Shown here in pieces: positions 38,271 to 50,176 of a stretch of DNA of 64,000 nucleotides; the first letter of the stretch is position 1, and each line of letters begins with the position of its first letter. The notes below the pieces were generated by a model. That model saw nothing but the letters and a program-made list of their open reading frames with translations, had not been told where the DNA came from and did no database searches. The stretch comes from Mobula hypostoma (lineage: Eukaryota). A program made the translations under genes and the position numbers. The stretch is taken from positions 37,698,001 through 37,762,000 of the forward strand of contig NC_086109.1 of NCBI RefSeq assembly GCF_963921235.1, in the 5' to 3' direction.

Positions 38271-40609
38271 GCTTACAGAAATGCATTTAATGAAATACAA
38301 CTGTAAATATAGTCTAATAATGTTTTTATTTCTGTATTTCACTTCAGTAAATCTTTATTTGACTTAAATGCAGCAATAGAACTCACATTATACAGATGTA
38401 GTGGAAGAACAGAGCTATGCCCCTGCTCCTTCTGAAAATAAAAGTGTTGTACCAAACATTAAATATATCAAACTGTAAGATGTCAGTTGCAATGTTGTGA
38501 ATTGGTTCAGAGGAAAAGTAACCAAATTAAAATTTGTCCCTGCCTCCATCTCTCACAAAATCTTCCAGTAGGCTGTGACTCTGGCTTGGTTTAAACTTTC
38601 ATCATTAATGAAGCCGCAATTGACACAAAATTATTTTTTGCCCAATTAAAACTGCATTAATCCTGACTTAACAGTTGCAATATTTCAGTAGATACTATAC
38701 TTCTGTGCCAGATAATTGGTTGCTTTTAATTTGTAAATTGGAGCTTCAGGACTGTTTGCCTGTTTGGGTTGTGTCCATAACATATTCACTCCTTAGTCTC
38801 AGATAACTAATCTGCAGAAAGTACAGAGAAATCTAAAAGTGCGGCTGATGTAATAGTGTTTGTTTTACAGATGACACACTTGTGGATAACAATATGTATA
38901 TCTATATATGTAAATACATGCTCATGTACGCCATTCAGTGATATTGCAAATATTTCCTTCTTCTGTGCATAATTTACAATCACAATTCTTCCAAGTCTGA
39001 TGTGTAAAAGGTTATTTAGCCTCATCAGACAGCCCTGGGACATCTACTTCATGGTCTAATCTTGGCATCCTGATGAGGTAGATGTTTCAAATTTCACCTG
39101 CTAATTTGTATTTGATAATAGAACCTGGTTAGCAATAGATGGATCACGGGGACCTCAGAACAGATGCCACTATGTTGAGCAACAAAGGATGTCCATGTAA
39201 ATGGGTTAACCATCAAATTGATCCCATGCTTTAGAACAGTACACACATAAATACACTTCCACCAATTTCTCAATGTAGGTTAATTGTTTTAATTACTAAA
39301 TACTGGTTCTTCTACAATTAAGATAAATTTGTTTCTAGGAATCTTTCACAACTATCTTTGTCAATATGATATCTTGATTAATGTTCTGAAAGGTTTCCTT
39401 AGTAAAAAATTAAAACTAATGTTCATTACGTATCACGACAAGACTAGGAGGCTTAGGAGACGTAGCGAATGTTTACATGTACAGTTTTCTCCATGATACT
39501 AAAACTCATTTCCCAATGAGCATCACAACTTACACTTATGTAACATACATAGCAAAGTCTGCTTAAAAAATACTCCGAAAGTGATGACGCAGTTGGCACA
39601 AATTTTGCTATAATTATAATTATAGGAAAGATTTCCATTAATTTACAAAATAAAAATTATTTTTCAAAATCTATTTCTCTATTGCAAACTTCAAAGAAAG
39701 ATTAGTATAGGCTTGCTGGAAATAGAAGCTAAGTACCATTACAAAACCTATATTTTACTAGTAATTATGGTAGCTTTGTCCACTGATTATCATAAAAAAG
39801 AATGTTGAAAAAAAACATCTCACTTCTTCGAGAGTTCCAAATTGCAGATATAATTGATGTTTCGCTCACTTAATCTTGGTATTATATTACAGGACTTTAT
39901 TTCTGAATCTTATGCCAAGCATTAACTCATCTAGAAATGTAAAAATAACATTCAATTAGGATTGCAGAGTTTAAGGTGAAATAAACTCTTTAATGTTGTT
40001 TCCATGGTCCATTAAATCAAAGTTACACCAAAGATAAGTTGTTCCTAATGGTTGGATCAACAAAATGAATGACGTTGGAAAGATGCCAGATTTATTCTAA
40101 TCAGCAGAAAAGTTCTTGTGGCAATATTTCACTGATATCTTCAATAGCTACAGATTTTTAAACACTCTTGTCCTCACATCCCCTCCCTTTCCTGCACTTG
40201 CTCTGTAAAATAAAAATAAATTTTTCCTGAGGCTTCAAATATTTGGGCTTCTTGGCAAAAAAAATTAAATGGCATAAGCAATTAAATGGCACCATTACGC
40301 CAACTGCAAAGCATGACCGCTATTTCGTAGCACACCGACATAAAAACATGTTCAGTGTTGTGGTTTCTCCACACCCAAAACATGTAGAATGTTGCTAATT
40401 TTATACAATGAAATATTAATGTCAACCCTGAGAAACTGTTTCATACATAATGCAAGTTCCATACAGTGTAGATACCACGTCTGAACAGCAAGGATAAAAC
40501 TGTGCTATTTAAAGGATGCATCTTTACAAGCAGGTTCGTTGATCAGGAAGTTAGAGCAGAACTGCAGGAGTTGGACACTGAACTTTAGAGCTGCAATGCC
40601 TCTGGGAGA

Positions 40610-41395
40610 CTCAAGTTTATTTGTCATATGTATGATGAACTATGTAGAGAAATGTGTTGTTTGCAATAACAACCAACATACCAGAGGGTATGCTGTGGGT
40701 AGCTCACAAATGTCATCACAGATCCAGGTGCCAGCATAGCATATCTCACAATGCTCAGCAAAATAACACAGAACACAATAACTAATAAAGTAACAACAGC
40801 AAAACAAACCTCATTCCTCCCTCCCACTCACGCACATACACAGTCCATTAACCCCAGTACAGGCCTCCAATGGACTCACTCTTGGGCTGTAGACACTGAG
40901 CTTCAACCTCACTAGCGGACATGCAGATATTTGCAAACTTGGCTTTGGTTAATGGGCTTCAACTTCCAGACTTCCAATGCAACCCTTGGTCCTAGATCCT
41001 CAGCATCATCCCAATCACCGAACACTAAGCCTCAAACTCCAGTCTCACTGACTCATGAACCCTGGAGGTCATTGGAACTCATTCCTCCTGCCCGTGTGAA
41101 ACTCCACCTCTGGAACCGTCTGTTAACTTGATGACCTGAGGGAGAATCTTCGTCCACTCTCTGGCAGTATGACATCTGATCACTGATGTCCCATGATGCT
41201 GGTCTTTTAACATGGAGCGGAGGCTTAGACTCTGGCCTGACCTCAAATTCCATCACATCCTTTTCCCTAAACCTAAATGGCCCCCAACTCCCTTCTCTGT
41301 CCCCAAATCTGTTCTTAGAAACCTAATGATTAACTTAAAAATAACTAAATCTGAGCTGCAACTCAGTAGAAGTTGTAGTTGGTGCTACCTTAGAT
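40610..41395 (-). mobile_element. Non-coding, non-autonomous retroelement-like sequence with Rex1-type tail
   Basis: Tail caagtttatttgtcatatg...gaaatgtgttgtttgc on +; other end aaggtagcacc (on -) may be a decayed aagatggcgcc start; no RT homology seen. Confidence 0.45.
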
Positions 41396-42249
41396 TCATA
41401 GTCATGAAAGATTAGTGGATGCTTCCATCAATCTAATTCGTCGTACAACACAATCAGGACTAGGGGGAGAGAGGAAGAAGACAATGGAATATTTATTTGG
41501 AGGGTGAAGAAGGAATAAGGAGAACTGTTCCGGACAGCCTATTCCTCAATGGTCGAACAGGAGCCACTTTCCTGCATCGACGTGAGGGAAACGTCACTGA
41601 GCACACATGTCAACAAGGACATTGCTGGAAGAGGCTACCATCTTCTGAGGTGGACAGAGCTCCAGCCACAGATTTGTGTCCAAGCACTTCCCCTTAGATA
41701 TGAAAATCACTTGTGTTTTCCTGGATTATTCCAAGCGGCAAATGTAGAATTATGTAGCAACTTGTAGCTCTTCGATTGAAATGTCCTGAGTACTCTACTC
41801 AAAGCAGCTATATTCATCTGATATTAAGTTCTCGGGACATCGCTTCTCAGTGATTCAGCCATTAGTAGATTCCTGGTTCCCTGCTCATGTCCACCTCTTT
41901 CCCAGGATGGTGAAATTCATTCCTGTGAAGTGGAGAACCCATTGCTATATCTGTGTTATCAACATTGCTCCCTAATTTGAACAGTGGCATTCAGCACTGT
42001 TTAGATAAGTGATCTAACTACGTTTTTTTTAGAAATGTATATATAAAGTGAATTAGCACGGGTTGTTTTCAGAACTCCTGAAATGGCTCATATCTAATGG
42101 GCAACAATGGGAAACATATTGTGATTGGCACCACTAAAATTCTGGAATCCCTGCATCAGAACCTGTTTTATTATTGATTCAAATGTATTTGCTCAGTTTA
42201 CTGTGAATGCCTGCAAAAAAAAAATCTCAGGGCAGTGTATGATGATATA

Positions 42250-42545
42250 CGCATTCATTCATATGACATGGTCTTTTCATGACCATGATTGTACTTGGCA
42301 AAATTTTCTAGAGAATTAGTTTTCCATTGCCTTCTTCTGGGCAGTGTCTTTACAAGATGGGTGACACCAGTAATTATCAATACTCTTCAGAGATTGTCCA
42401 CCCGGCATCAGTGGTCACATAACCAAGACTTGTGATATGTACCCGCTGCTCATATGACCACCCACCACCTCCTACCATGGCTTCACCTGACCCTGATCGA
42501 GGGAGCTAAACAGATGCTACACCTTGCCCAAGGGTGACCACAGAT
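42250..42545 (-). mobile_element. RTE-related SINE or non-autonomous element
   Basis: cccagaagaaggcaatggaaaacta (on -) resembles the GAAGGCAATGGCAAACCACT motif of BovB/Bov-A/Sauria-type elements; short (tgaa)n tail. Confidence 0.5.
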
Positions 42546-43127
42546 TTTGGCGCACCATTTAATTTCTGGACATTTTCGTAATTCAGCTTCTCTTTCTTAT
42601 AGTATAGGTTACTACATATACATATAGAAATTGACTCTTTTCAGAACTTCTTCATTTATCACAGTTCTCGAGTACATACTTGTTATTCCATATCAGCATT
42701 ATATAGATCCTTCATTAATGTTACCAGCTGAAGAAAAATCAACCTTGAAGATATTTTGTGATGCTCCAATTTAAATTGAATTGTTGAATCTGTCTTGATA
42801 AATGCAGAAATAGAACAAGAAATGCAGCAGATGGTAAATGGTTCCACTGTGAGATTCTGCATTTTTTTTGCCTGATGCCCATATTTATCAATTCCAAAAA
42901 AATTACAAACCTCAGTATTGATGACACTCAACAAGTGATGATCCACATCTTTAAATGGTCTAGAATTCTAAACTTTTACAAATGTTTGAACAAAGAAATT
43001 TCTCATTAATTCATTCTTAAATGACAATTTCCTATATTTACCTTATATGGTGTCTCAAAACAGAGGCCATCAAGTAGTAGGTTTATCACATTTTGCTGCT
43101 CTTAATGTATCTAGTGCTCACTAAATA

Positions 43128-43400
43128 TTCAAAGTTCAAAGTAAAATTTATTGTCGAAGTATGTATATGTCACCATATACTACCCTGAGATTCATTCTGT
43201 TGCAGGGATTCACAGTAGGTATAAAGAAACACAACAGAATCAGTTAAAAACTACACACAAAGACTAACAAACAACCAACGTGCATTAGAAGACAAATTGT
43301 GTAAATACAATGAATTAATAAATAATATTGGGAACACGAGTTATAGAGTCTTTGAAAGTGTTTGCAGAATCAGTTCAATATTGAGGTGAGTGAAGATATT
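43128..43400 (-). mobile_element. Rex1/Babar-like 3' UTR fragment
   Basis: ttcaaagttcaaagtaaaatttatt...caccatatactaccctgagattcatt, the same 3' UTR as at 28300 and 57622. Confidence 0.7.
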
Positions 43401-44474
43401 TTGAAGCTCTTTGCTCATATTACAATCCTGTGCCCAGAAATTGGCTTTCTACCTTTTTAGCATGCTGTGTGTTTTTTCATATTAATTTGAATCAGATTGT
43501 TCAGAAAAAGTAGTAAAATTGTTCAAACGTATATTAAAATACTTATGGTAACCCCCAGAATCAAATGTTGAGAAATGGAGCTTTGTCGCTCTAAATGTAA
43601 AATTAGAGAATGTTTAAAATTCAGAAACTATTGAAGGTGCTCAGCATTCTGCAGCTTTATGATGTTCATTTACTGTCAAGCACACTGCCATTCCTTTTCC
43701 AGAAAAGTCTACTGGAAAGAAGCTCTGCTTCTCTGCAGTTTGTTTTTGATTTTCATTTCCTGACTGAACCAACTTCAATTGAATGCAGCTTATGACAATG
43801 TGCTGCAGACCTATGTAAGAAATGAATCGGCTACTAACTGTGCCCCAGTTGGTAAACATACAGCAATAAACCACACTATGGTTGTAATGGGGAAGACAGA
43901 GGCAGCAGGGGAAAGGGAAAGAGTTGCTCGATTTACTGAAAGAGACCTGGCCCTCTGTCATTGAGGCAAATATCAGAAGGGAGGTCTTCTATACTGAGGG
44001 ACGTAGGAGACCTGTAACAGCAACCAGAGTAAGAGTCAGATTGCAAGTCAATACAGGAGTATCCTCCAGGTAAAAGAACACTATTCATTCAAGCAAAGTA
44101 TAAATCTCATTCCTACAAAGTGTGTCAGTTAAACCACCCACTTCCAAAACAATTTATATTGAACCACTTTAATAAATAGATCAACAATTAATTCATTAAT
44201 GAGTTACGATCTGTATAGGTGATCCTGCCAAAAAGGATGTGAAGCATAGTCATGTTTTATTCTAGGCATTTTTGCCTGATAATTGGTGGATAATGGTGAT
44301 GTTAAAAGTTGGAGGATGTAGAAAGCCGGTGCCTTTCTGAGAAGAGTCTTAAAGTTGTAGAGCACTCTACAGCACAGAAATAGGCGCTTTGGCCCATCCA
44401 GTTTTTCTGCCTAGTTCTATATACGGTACCTGCACCACAGTCCTCTATACCCCTCTCAACTATGTACTTATCTG

Positions 44475-44895
44475 AATCAGAAACAGAATTGGAATCAGAA
44501 TCAGGTTCAAAATCACTGGCACCTGTATTGAAATACATTCTGTTGTGGCAGCAATACATTGTAATACACAATAAAAATCACTATAAATTACAATAAGAAA
44601 TATAAATAAATAAATATACAAAGAAATAGTGCAAAACAATAGCAGAAAAAAGAAAAAAACAGTGTAGTAGTGTACATGGGTTCATTTTCTACTCAGAAAT
44701 CCGATGATGATTGGGAAGAAGCTGTTTGTAAAACATCGAGTGTGTGTCTTCAGGCTGCTGTATTTCCTCCTTGATGGTAGCAAAGAGAAGAAAGCATGTC
44801 CTAGGTGATGGGGTTCTTAATGACAGATTACACCTTTTTGAGGCATCATCTTTTGAAGATGTCCTCAATGCTGGGTAGGCTAGTGCCCATGAATA
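44475..44895 (-). mobile_element. Rex1/Babar-like 3' end nested in CR1
   Basis: gaatcagaatcagg tail; MGTSLPSIEDIFKR... Confidence 0.75.
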
Positions 44896-45161
44896 GACCC
44901 AGCAGCAATCCCTGTGGTACACCACTAAACACAGTCCTCCAGTCAGAGAGGTAACCATCTACAACCACTCTCTGGCTTCTTCCACGAAGCCAATACCTAA
45001 TCCAATTTAATCCCTCATCTTGAGTTCCAAGCGACTGAACCTTCTTGACCAATCTACCATACTGAACCTTGATAAAGGCCTTGCTAAAATCCATGTAGAC
45101 AACACCCACCGCCTTTGCCTTCATCAATGTCCTTGGTAACACACTCAAAAAATGCTATAAG

Positions 45162-45922
45162 GGCAGAGTTAACATGGCATCAAATGGCTGCCTCTTTGAG
45201 CTCATCTGTGGAAAATGCTTAATTTCCTCTCTTTAATGTCTCTTTTTTTTTCCTTTTCAAGGTGGCTGGGGTTCTATCGAGGTCCTTTATCTGCAATGGC
45301 ACTCACTACTGTGGTTTCTCGCAGTGCATAGGTTCCTACCACTGGAGCTCAATGACCGGCTGTTTACTGACGTTTGCCAGGTGCTTCTGGGGTGTGGCCC
45401 TGTGGACAACCAATTCCAGGCCAGTGTTACCGACTGAGGCATCGCGGGAGATGGAACATCAGAATTTTGCTGCGGTGGGTGTGTGGACAGAGGTCTCTGT
45501 AGTCGAGCGATTGCACTGTCTTGAAGTAAAAATGACACGGCAGACTGTTACATCATAACAGCAACTGTTAGTCTCTTCTTTCACTATGAAGTGGGTGACA
45601 CCTCTCTGTCCCTTGTTAGTGAGAGAGAGAGAGCCTGTGGCATGTCGAACTGTCAGATAAAAAATAGTTCTTGTTGACTGCAGATCATGGTCTCTGATAG
45701 GGTGCTTTGCTATCGCTTCGTGGGTTGTGGACGCTCGCGCTTTTTGATGAAGTTAAGAGGGGAGATTGATACTTTGCTGCAGCTTGCATAAGGGAGTGAG
45801 CAGAGGGGCTTTGAGATTCTAATTTTTTTTCTGTCATTCATTCTTTTGGGGTTCCTCTGTTTTTTGTGGATTTCAGGTTGTATACATTCTCTGATAATAA
45901 ATGGAACTATTTGAACCATTTG
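45162..45922 (+). mobile_element. Non-coding non-autonomous retroposon, family X copy 1
   Basis: Interrupts CR1 at ctataag|aagattgg; starts gttaacatggcatcaaatggc; ends cattcattcttttggggttcctctgtttt...tatacattctctgataataaatggaactatttgaaccatttg. Confidence 0.7.
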
Positions 45923-46679
45923 AAGATTGGTTAGATATGACTTGCCATGTACAAAGCCACGTTGACTAACCCAAATCAGTTTCTGTCTATCCAAATCTGG
46001 TCCCTTAGAATACCTTCCAATAATTTTCCTACTACTGATGTCAGGCTTACTGCCCTATAATTTCCTGGCTTATTCTTAGAGTCTTTCTTAAACAATAGAA
46101 CGACATTGGCTATCCTCCAATCCCCTGGTACCTCACCTGTCGCTATGGATGATCTAAATATCTCTGCCATGGCTCCTGCAATTTCTGCACTTGCCTCCCA
46201 CAGGTTCCAAGGAAACATCCTGTCAAGCTATGGGGATTTATCCACACTAACTTGCCTGCAGACAAACTAACACCTCCTTCTCTGTAATCTGCATAGGGTC
46301 CATAACCTCATTGCTGCATTACCTCACTTCTATTGACTCGATGTCTATCTCCCACGTAAACACAGATGCAAAAATCCACTTAAGATCTCATACATCTCTT
46401 TCGGCTCCATGTAGAGGTTCCAACTCTGATCTTCCAGAGGACCAATTTTATCCATTGCTATCCATTTTCTCTTAATATATCTGTAGAAGCCTATAGGATT
46501 CTCTTTCACCTTGTCTGCTGGAGCAATCTCATGTGTTCTTTTAGCTCTCATGATTTCCTTTGTAGGTGTTCCCTTACATTTTTTATACTCCTCAAGTACA
46601 TCATTTGTTCCTGCCTGCCTATTTCTGCTATGCACCTCCTTCTTTTCCCTAATCAAGGTCTCAATATCTCTCAAAAACC

Positions 46680-47361
46680 AAGATGGCGAGATGGCGCTAA
46701 ACGGCGATTCCTTTTCTTGCATCTTCGGAAACAGCTCTGTTTCTATCCTTAATTTCTCTATTTTTTCCTTTCAGGGTTCTTTTGAAGACCCTGACCTGGA
46801 ATTACACATTGACTTTGGCTCTTTGCGGGAATGGGACCCGCTCTTAGGGTGTCATGACTGGCCGTTATTCAACATGCCAAGGGTGCGGCCTAGGATCTCG
46901 AGGCTCTGGAGATGGGCGGATCGAAGTTTGGTGTCCTGGACTGGTATGTCATGGGAGCTGGAAGACGTTTGGCTGTGTGCCCAGAGACCTAAGATCTTTG
47001 GGCACAGAGCTCCATAAGCCAGTGAATCGGTTTACTCCCCCCTCGCTGTGAAAAGGAGACATCTCTTTCTCCCTTATTTGGGAGAGAAAGAACCTCTGGT
47101 ATGTCAAATACTGGGTGAACACGTAGTCTTTGTGTCCTGCAAGTCTGTGTCTTTGCTGTTACTTTTGCCGCCCACTTGAGTACTTGGTGGTGGGTGCCAA
47201 TGCTTTTTTTTGCTGGTGGAGGTAGCTGGGGGGGACTTTGGTGTTCTAACATTTGATTATCATTCATTCTTCGGGGCACTTCTCTGTTTTCATGGATGCT
47301 TGCAACGAGAAAGCATTTCAGGATGTATATTGTATACATTTCTCTGACATTAAATGTATCT
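46680..47361 (+). mobile_element. Non-coding non-autonomous retroposon, family X copy 2
   Basis: Starts aagatggcgagatggcgctaaacggcg; ends cattcattcttcggggcacttctctgtttt...tatacatttctctgacattaaatg; probable TSD tcaaaaac/tcgaaaac. Confidence 0.7.
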
Positions 47362-48124
47362 TCGAAAACTGTTTGAACATATTATTCTTGTCTTATATTC
47401 TGATAGGAACATGCAAGCTCTGTACTCTCAGTATTTCATTTTTGAAGGCTTCCCATTTACCGATTGTACCTTTGCCAGTAAACAACCTGTCCCAATCCAC
47501 ACTTGCCAGATCCTGACTGATACTATCAAAATTGGCCTTTCTCCAAGTTAGAATGTGAGCCTGAGGATTCGACTTATCCTTTTCCATAATTAACTTAATG
47601 GCATTATGATCACTGAATTTAACGTGTTCTCCTACACAAAACTCTGTCACCTGCCTTGTTTCATAGGAGATCTAATATTGCACACTCTCATGAGAACTTC
47701 TATATACTGATTACAGAAATGTTCCTGAACACATTTGGCAAATTATTTCCCATCCAGCCCTTTAACATTATGGGAGTTTCAGTCAATATGTGGAAAGTTC
47801 ACAACAGTCTGTGATCTTTCTACAAATATGGTTCTCTAAATTGTGCAGACTGTTAGGTGGTCTATAATATAATTCAGTTAACATGGTCGTACCTTCATTA
47901 TTCCTCAGTTCTACCCATAAAGCCTCACTAGATGAGCTCTCCAATCTGTCCAGAATGGGTGGTGCAATGGCATTTTCCTTGACTAGTAATGCCACCTCCC
48001 CCCCGCCCTTAATCCCTCCCACTCTGTCTTGTCTAAAGCAATGGAAGCCTGGAGCATTGAGCTGCCAGTCCTGGCCCTCCTGAAACCAAGTCCCACTAAT
48101 GGCAACAATATCATAATTCCACGT

Positions 48125-49185
48125 AAACACAAAATAATCTGCAGATGCTGGGGTCAAAGCAACACTTACAACACACTGGAGGAACTCAGCAGGTTGGGCA
48201 GCATCTGTGGAAACGATGAGTTGACGTTTCGGGCCGGAACCCTTCGTCAGGACTGTAGGGGGAAGGGGCAGAGGCCTTATAAAGAAGGTGGGGGGAGGGT
48301 GGGAAGGAGAAGGCTGGTAGGTTCCAGGTGAAAAACCAGTAAGGGGAAAGATAAAGGGATGGGGGAAGGGAGGTGATAGGCAGGAAAGGTGAAGAAAGAA
48401 TAGGGGAAAACACCATGGGTAGTAGAAGGAGGCGGGACAATGAGGGAGGTGGTAGGCAGCTGGGGGAGGGGGCAGAGTGACATAGGGATAGGGGAAGGGA
48501 GGGGGAGGGAATTACCAGAAGTTGGAGAATTCTATGTTCATACCAAGGGGCTGGAGACTACCAGTGCTCCCGGTGCGGCCTCCTCAACATCGGTGAAACC
48601 TGACGCAGATTGGGGGATCGCTTCGTCCAGCATCTCTGCTCCGTCCGCCAAAACAGACAGGATCTCCCAGTAGCCACACACTTCAACTCTGCTTCCCACT
48701 CCCATTCAGATATGTCCATACATGTCCTCCTCTACTGCCATGATGAGGCTAAACTCAGGTTGGAGGAGCAACACTCATATACCGTCCAGGTAGTCTCCAG
48801 CCCCTTGGTATGAACATAGAATTCTCCAACTTCCGGTAATTCCCTCCCCCTCCCTTCCCCTATCCCTATGTCACTCTGCCCCCTCCCCCAGCTGCCTATC
48901 ACCTCCCTCATGGTCCTGCCTCCTTCTACTACTCATTGTGTTTTCCCCTATTCTTTCTTCACTTTTCCTGCCTATCACCTCCCTGCCTCCCTTCCCCCAC
49001 CCCTTTATCTTTCCCCTTACTGGTTTTTCAACTGGAACCTACCCACCCTCTCCCCACCTTCTTTATAGGGCCTCTGCCCCTTCCCCCTACAGTCCTGACA
49101 AAGGGTTCCGGCCCAAAACGTTGACTCATCATTCCACGAATGCTGCCCGACCTGCTGAGTTCCTCCAGTGTGTTGTGAGTGTTGC
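48125..49185 (+). mobile_element. Penelope-like insertion with inverted pLTR (fold-back), GIY-YIG fragment and 14-bp TSD
   Basis: TSD tcataattccacgt (48111-48124) / tcataattccatgt (49186-49199); arms 48158-48562 and 48789-49186; spacer encodes QCSRCGLLNIGET*RRLGDRFVQHLCSVRQ...PVATHFN...RLEEQH. Confidence 0.92.
48219..48254 (-). ncRNA. Minimal type I hammerhead ribozyme motif in a Penelope pLTR
   Basis: Minus strand reads AGUC CUGACGA A GGGU-UCCG-GCCC GAAA C GUC AACU: both core boxes, stem II, palindromic ACGU stem III and GUC site present; first stem I pair is a C-A mismatch. Activity not shown. Confidence 0.7.
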
Positions 49186-50176
49186 TCATAATTCCATGTG
49201 CTGATCCATGCCCTAACCTCATCCACCTTTCCTACAATATCCCTTGCATTGAAATACATGCAGCTCAGAACATTAGTCCCATCATGTCTAACTTTCAATT
49301 CCTGACTTTATACATAGGCTTAAAAATATCTTTTTCTCAACCACTCCACTATTTGTTCTGGCACTGTGGTTCCCATATGTACTTCCTAAAAACATGACAC
49401 TGACCGGCAGTGATGATACACAACCGCATTAAATAATGAAGGAATGGAAACTGTCCTATTGATAGAATGTCCACGTTATTAGTGGAAACCCAATAGGAAC
49501 ATGAGTGTAGCCATTGATTTCCTGCACTCATAGGAACCCAGTGATGTTGGCAAATCATTGTACTCAACGTTAAAGACTATGAAGTTTTTTCTTGATGAAT
49601 ACAGTTACTTAGGTGACCTTTCTGATGCAGTTGTGAGTAACATATTGAGAGACCACTAGAATCTGATGTACAGTAGTTATTTGGAAAAATCCTCATGGCA
49701 AAAATTTAATGGATCTAATACGACCTTGACCTTTTTGGAGAGAGCAATCTGGGCATGAGAGCAAAGTAAAAAGTCTTTCTAAGAGGTAGACAAAGAAAAA
49801 CTGTTCCTATTAGCTAATGAAACATGGACTAAATTATATAGATTCATGGTATAGACAAGGAAAGATATACAGGCAAGCTGTAAGAAATGTTTTTGTGCAA
49901 TCTGAAACTCACTGCCCACAGGGGTGATGGAATTGAAGATGGTCAAATCTTTCAAAAACTTAATGAATGCATTTAATAAACTTGCATGGCAAATGGGATG
50001 GAAAAGGTGAATCTGACTAACTAAATTGACTCAATGATCTGAAAAGCCTCTCTCTGCACCATAATGATTACAAGTCAGAAAACCATACTGTCATAACTCT
50101 TCTCTAGGAGATACCTAACTATGAGATTTCCAATTAACCCCATCGCTGTGCACATGTTTAGATCTAATGTAGCCAG

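Larger units (their letters stand above)
44345..49380 (-). mobile_element. Long decayed CR1 LINE (EN+RT) hosting four nested insertions
   Basis: CMYFNARDIVGKVDE..WNYDIVAISGTW (split by the Penelope), GGGEVALLVKE, YYRPPN, SDHN, DWRIANVVLLFKK..PGNYRAVSLTSVVGK, YMDFSKAF, SGVPQG; 3' tail near 44345-44400. Confidence 0.85.

Noticed and set aside
49091..49126. Second functional hammerhead in the right arm
   Set aside because: Core positions G8 and G12 are substituted, so it is unlikely to be active.
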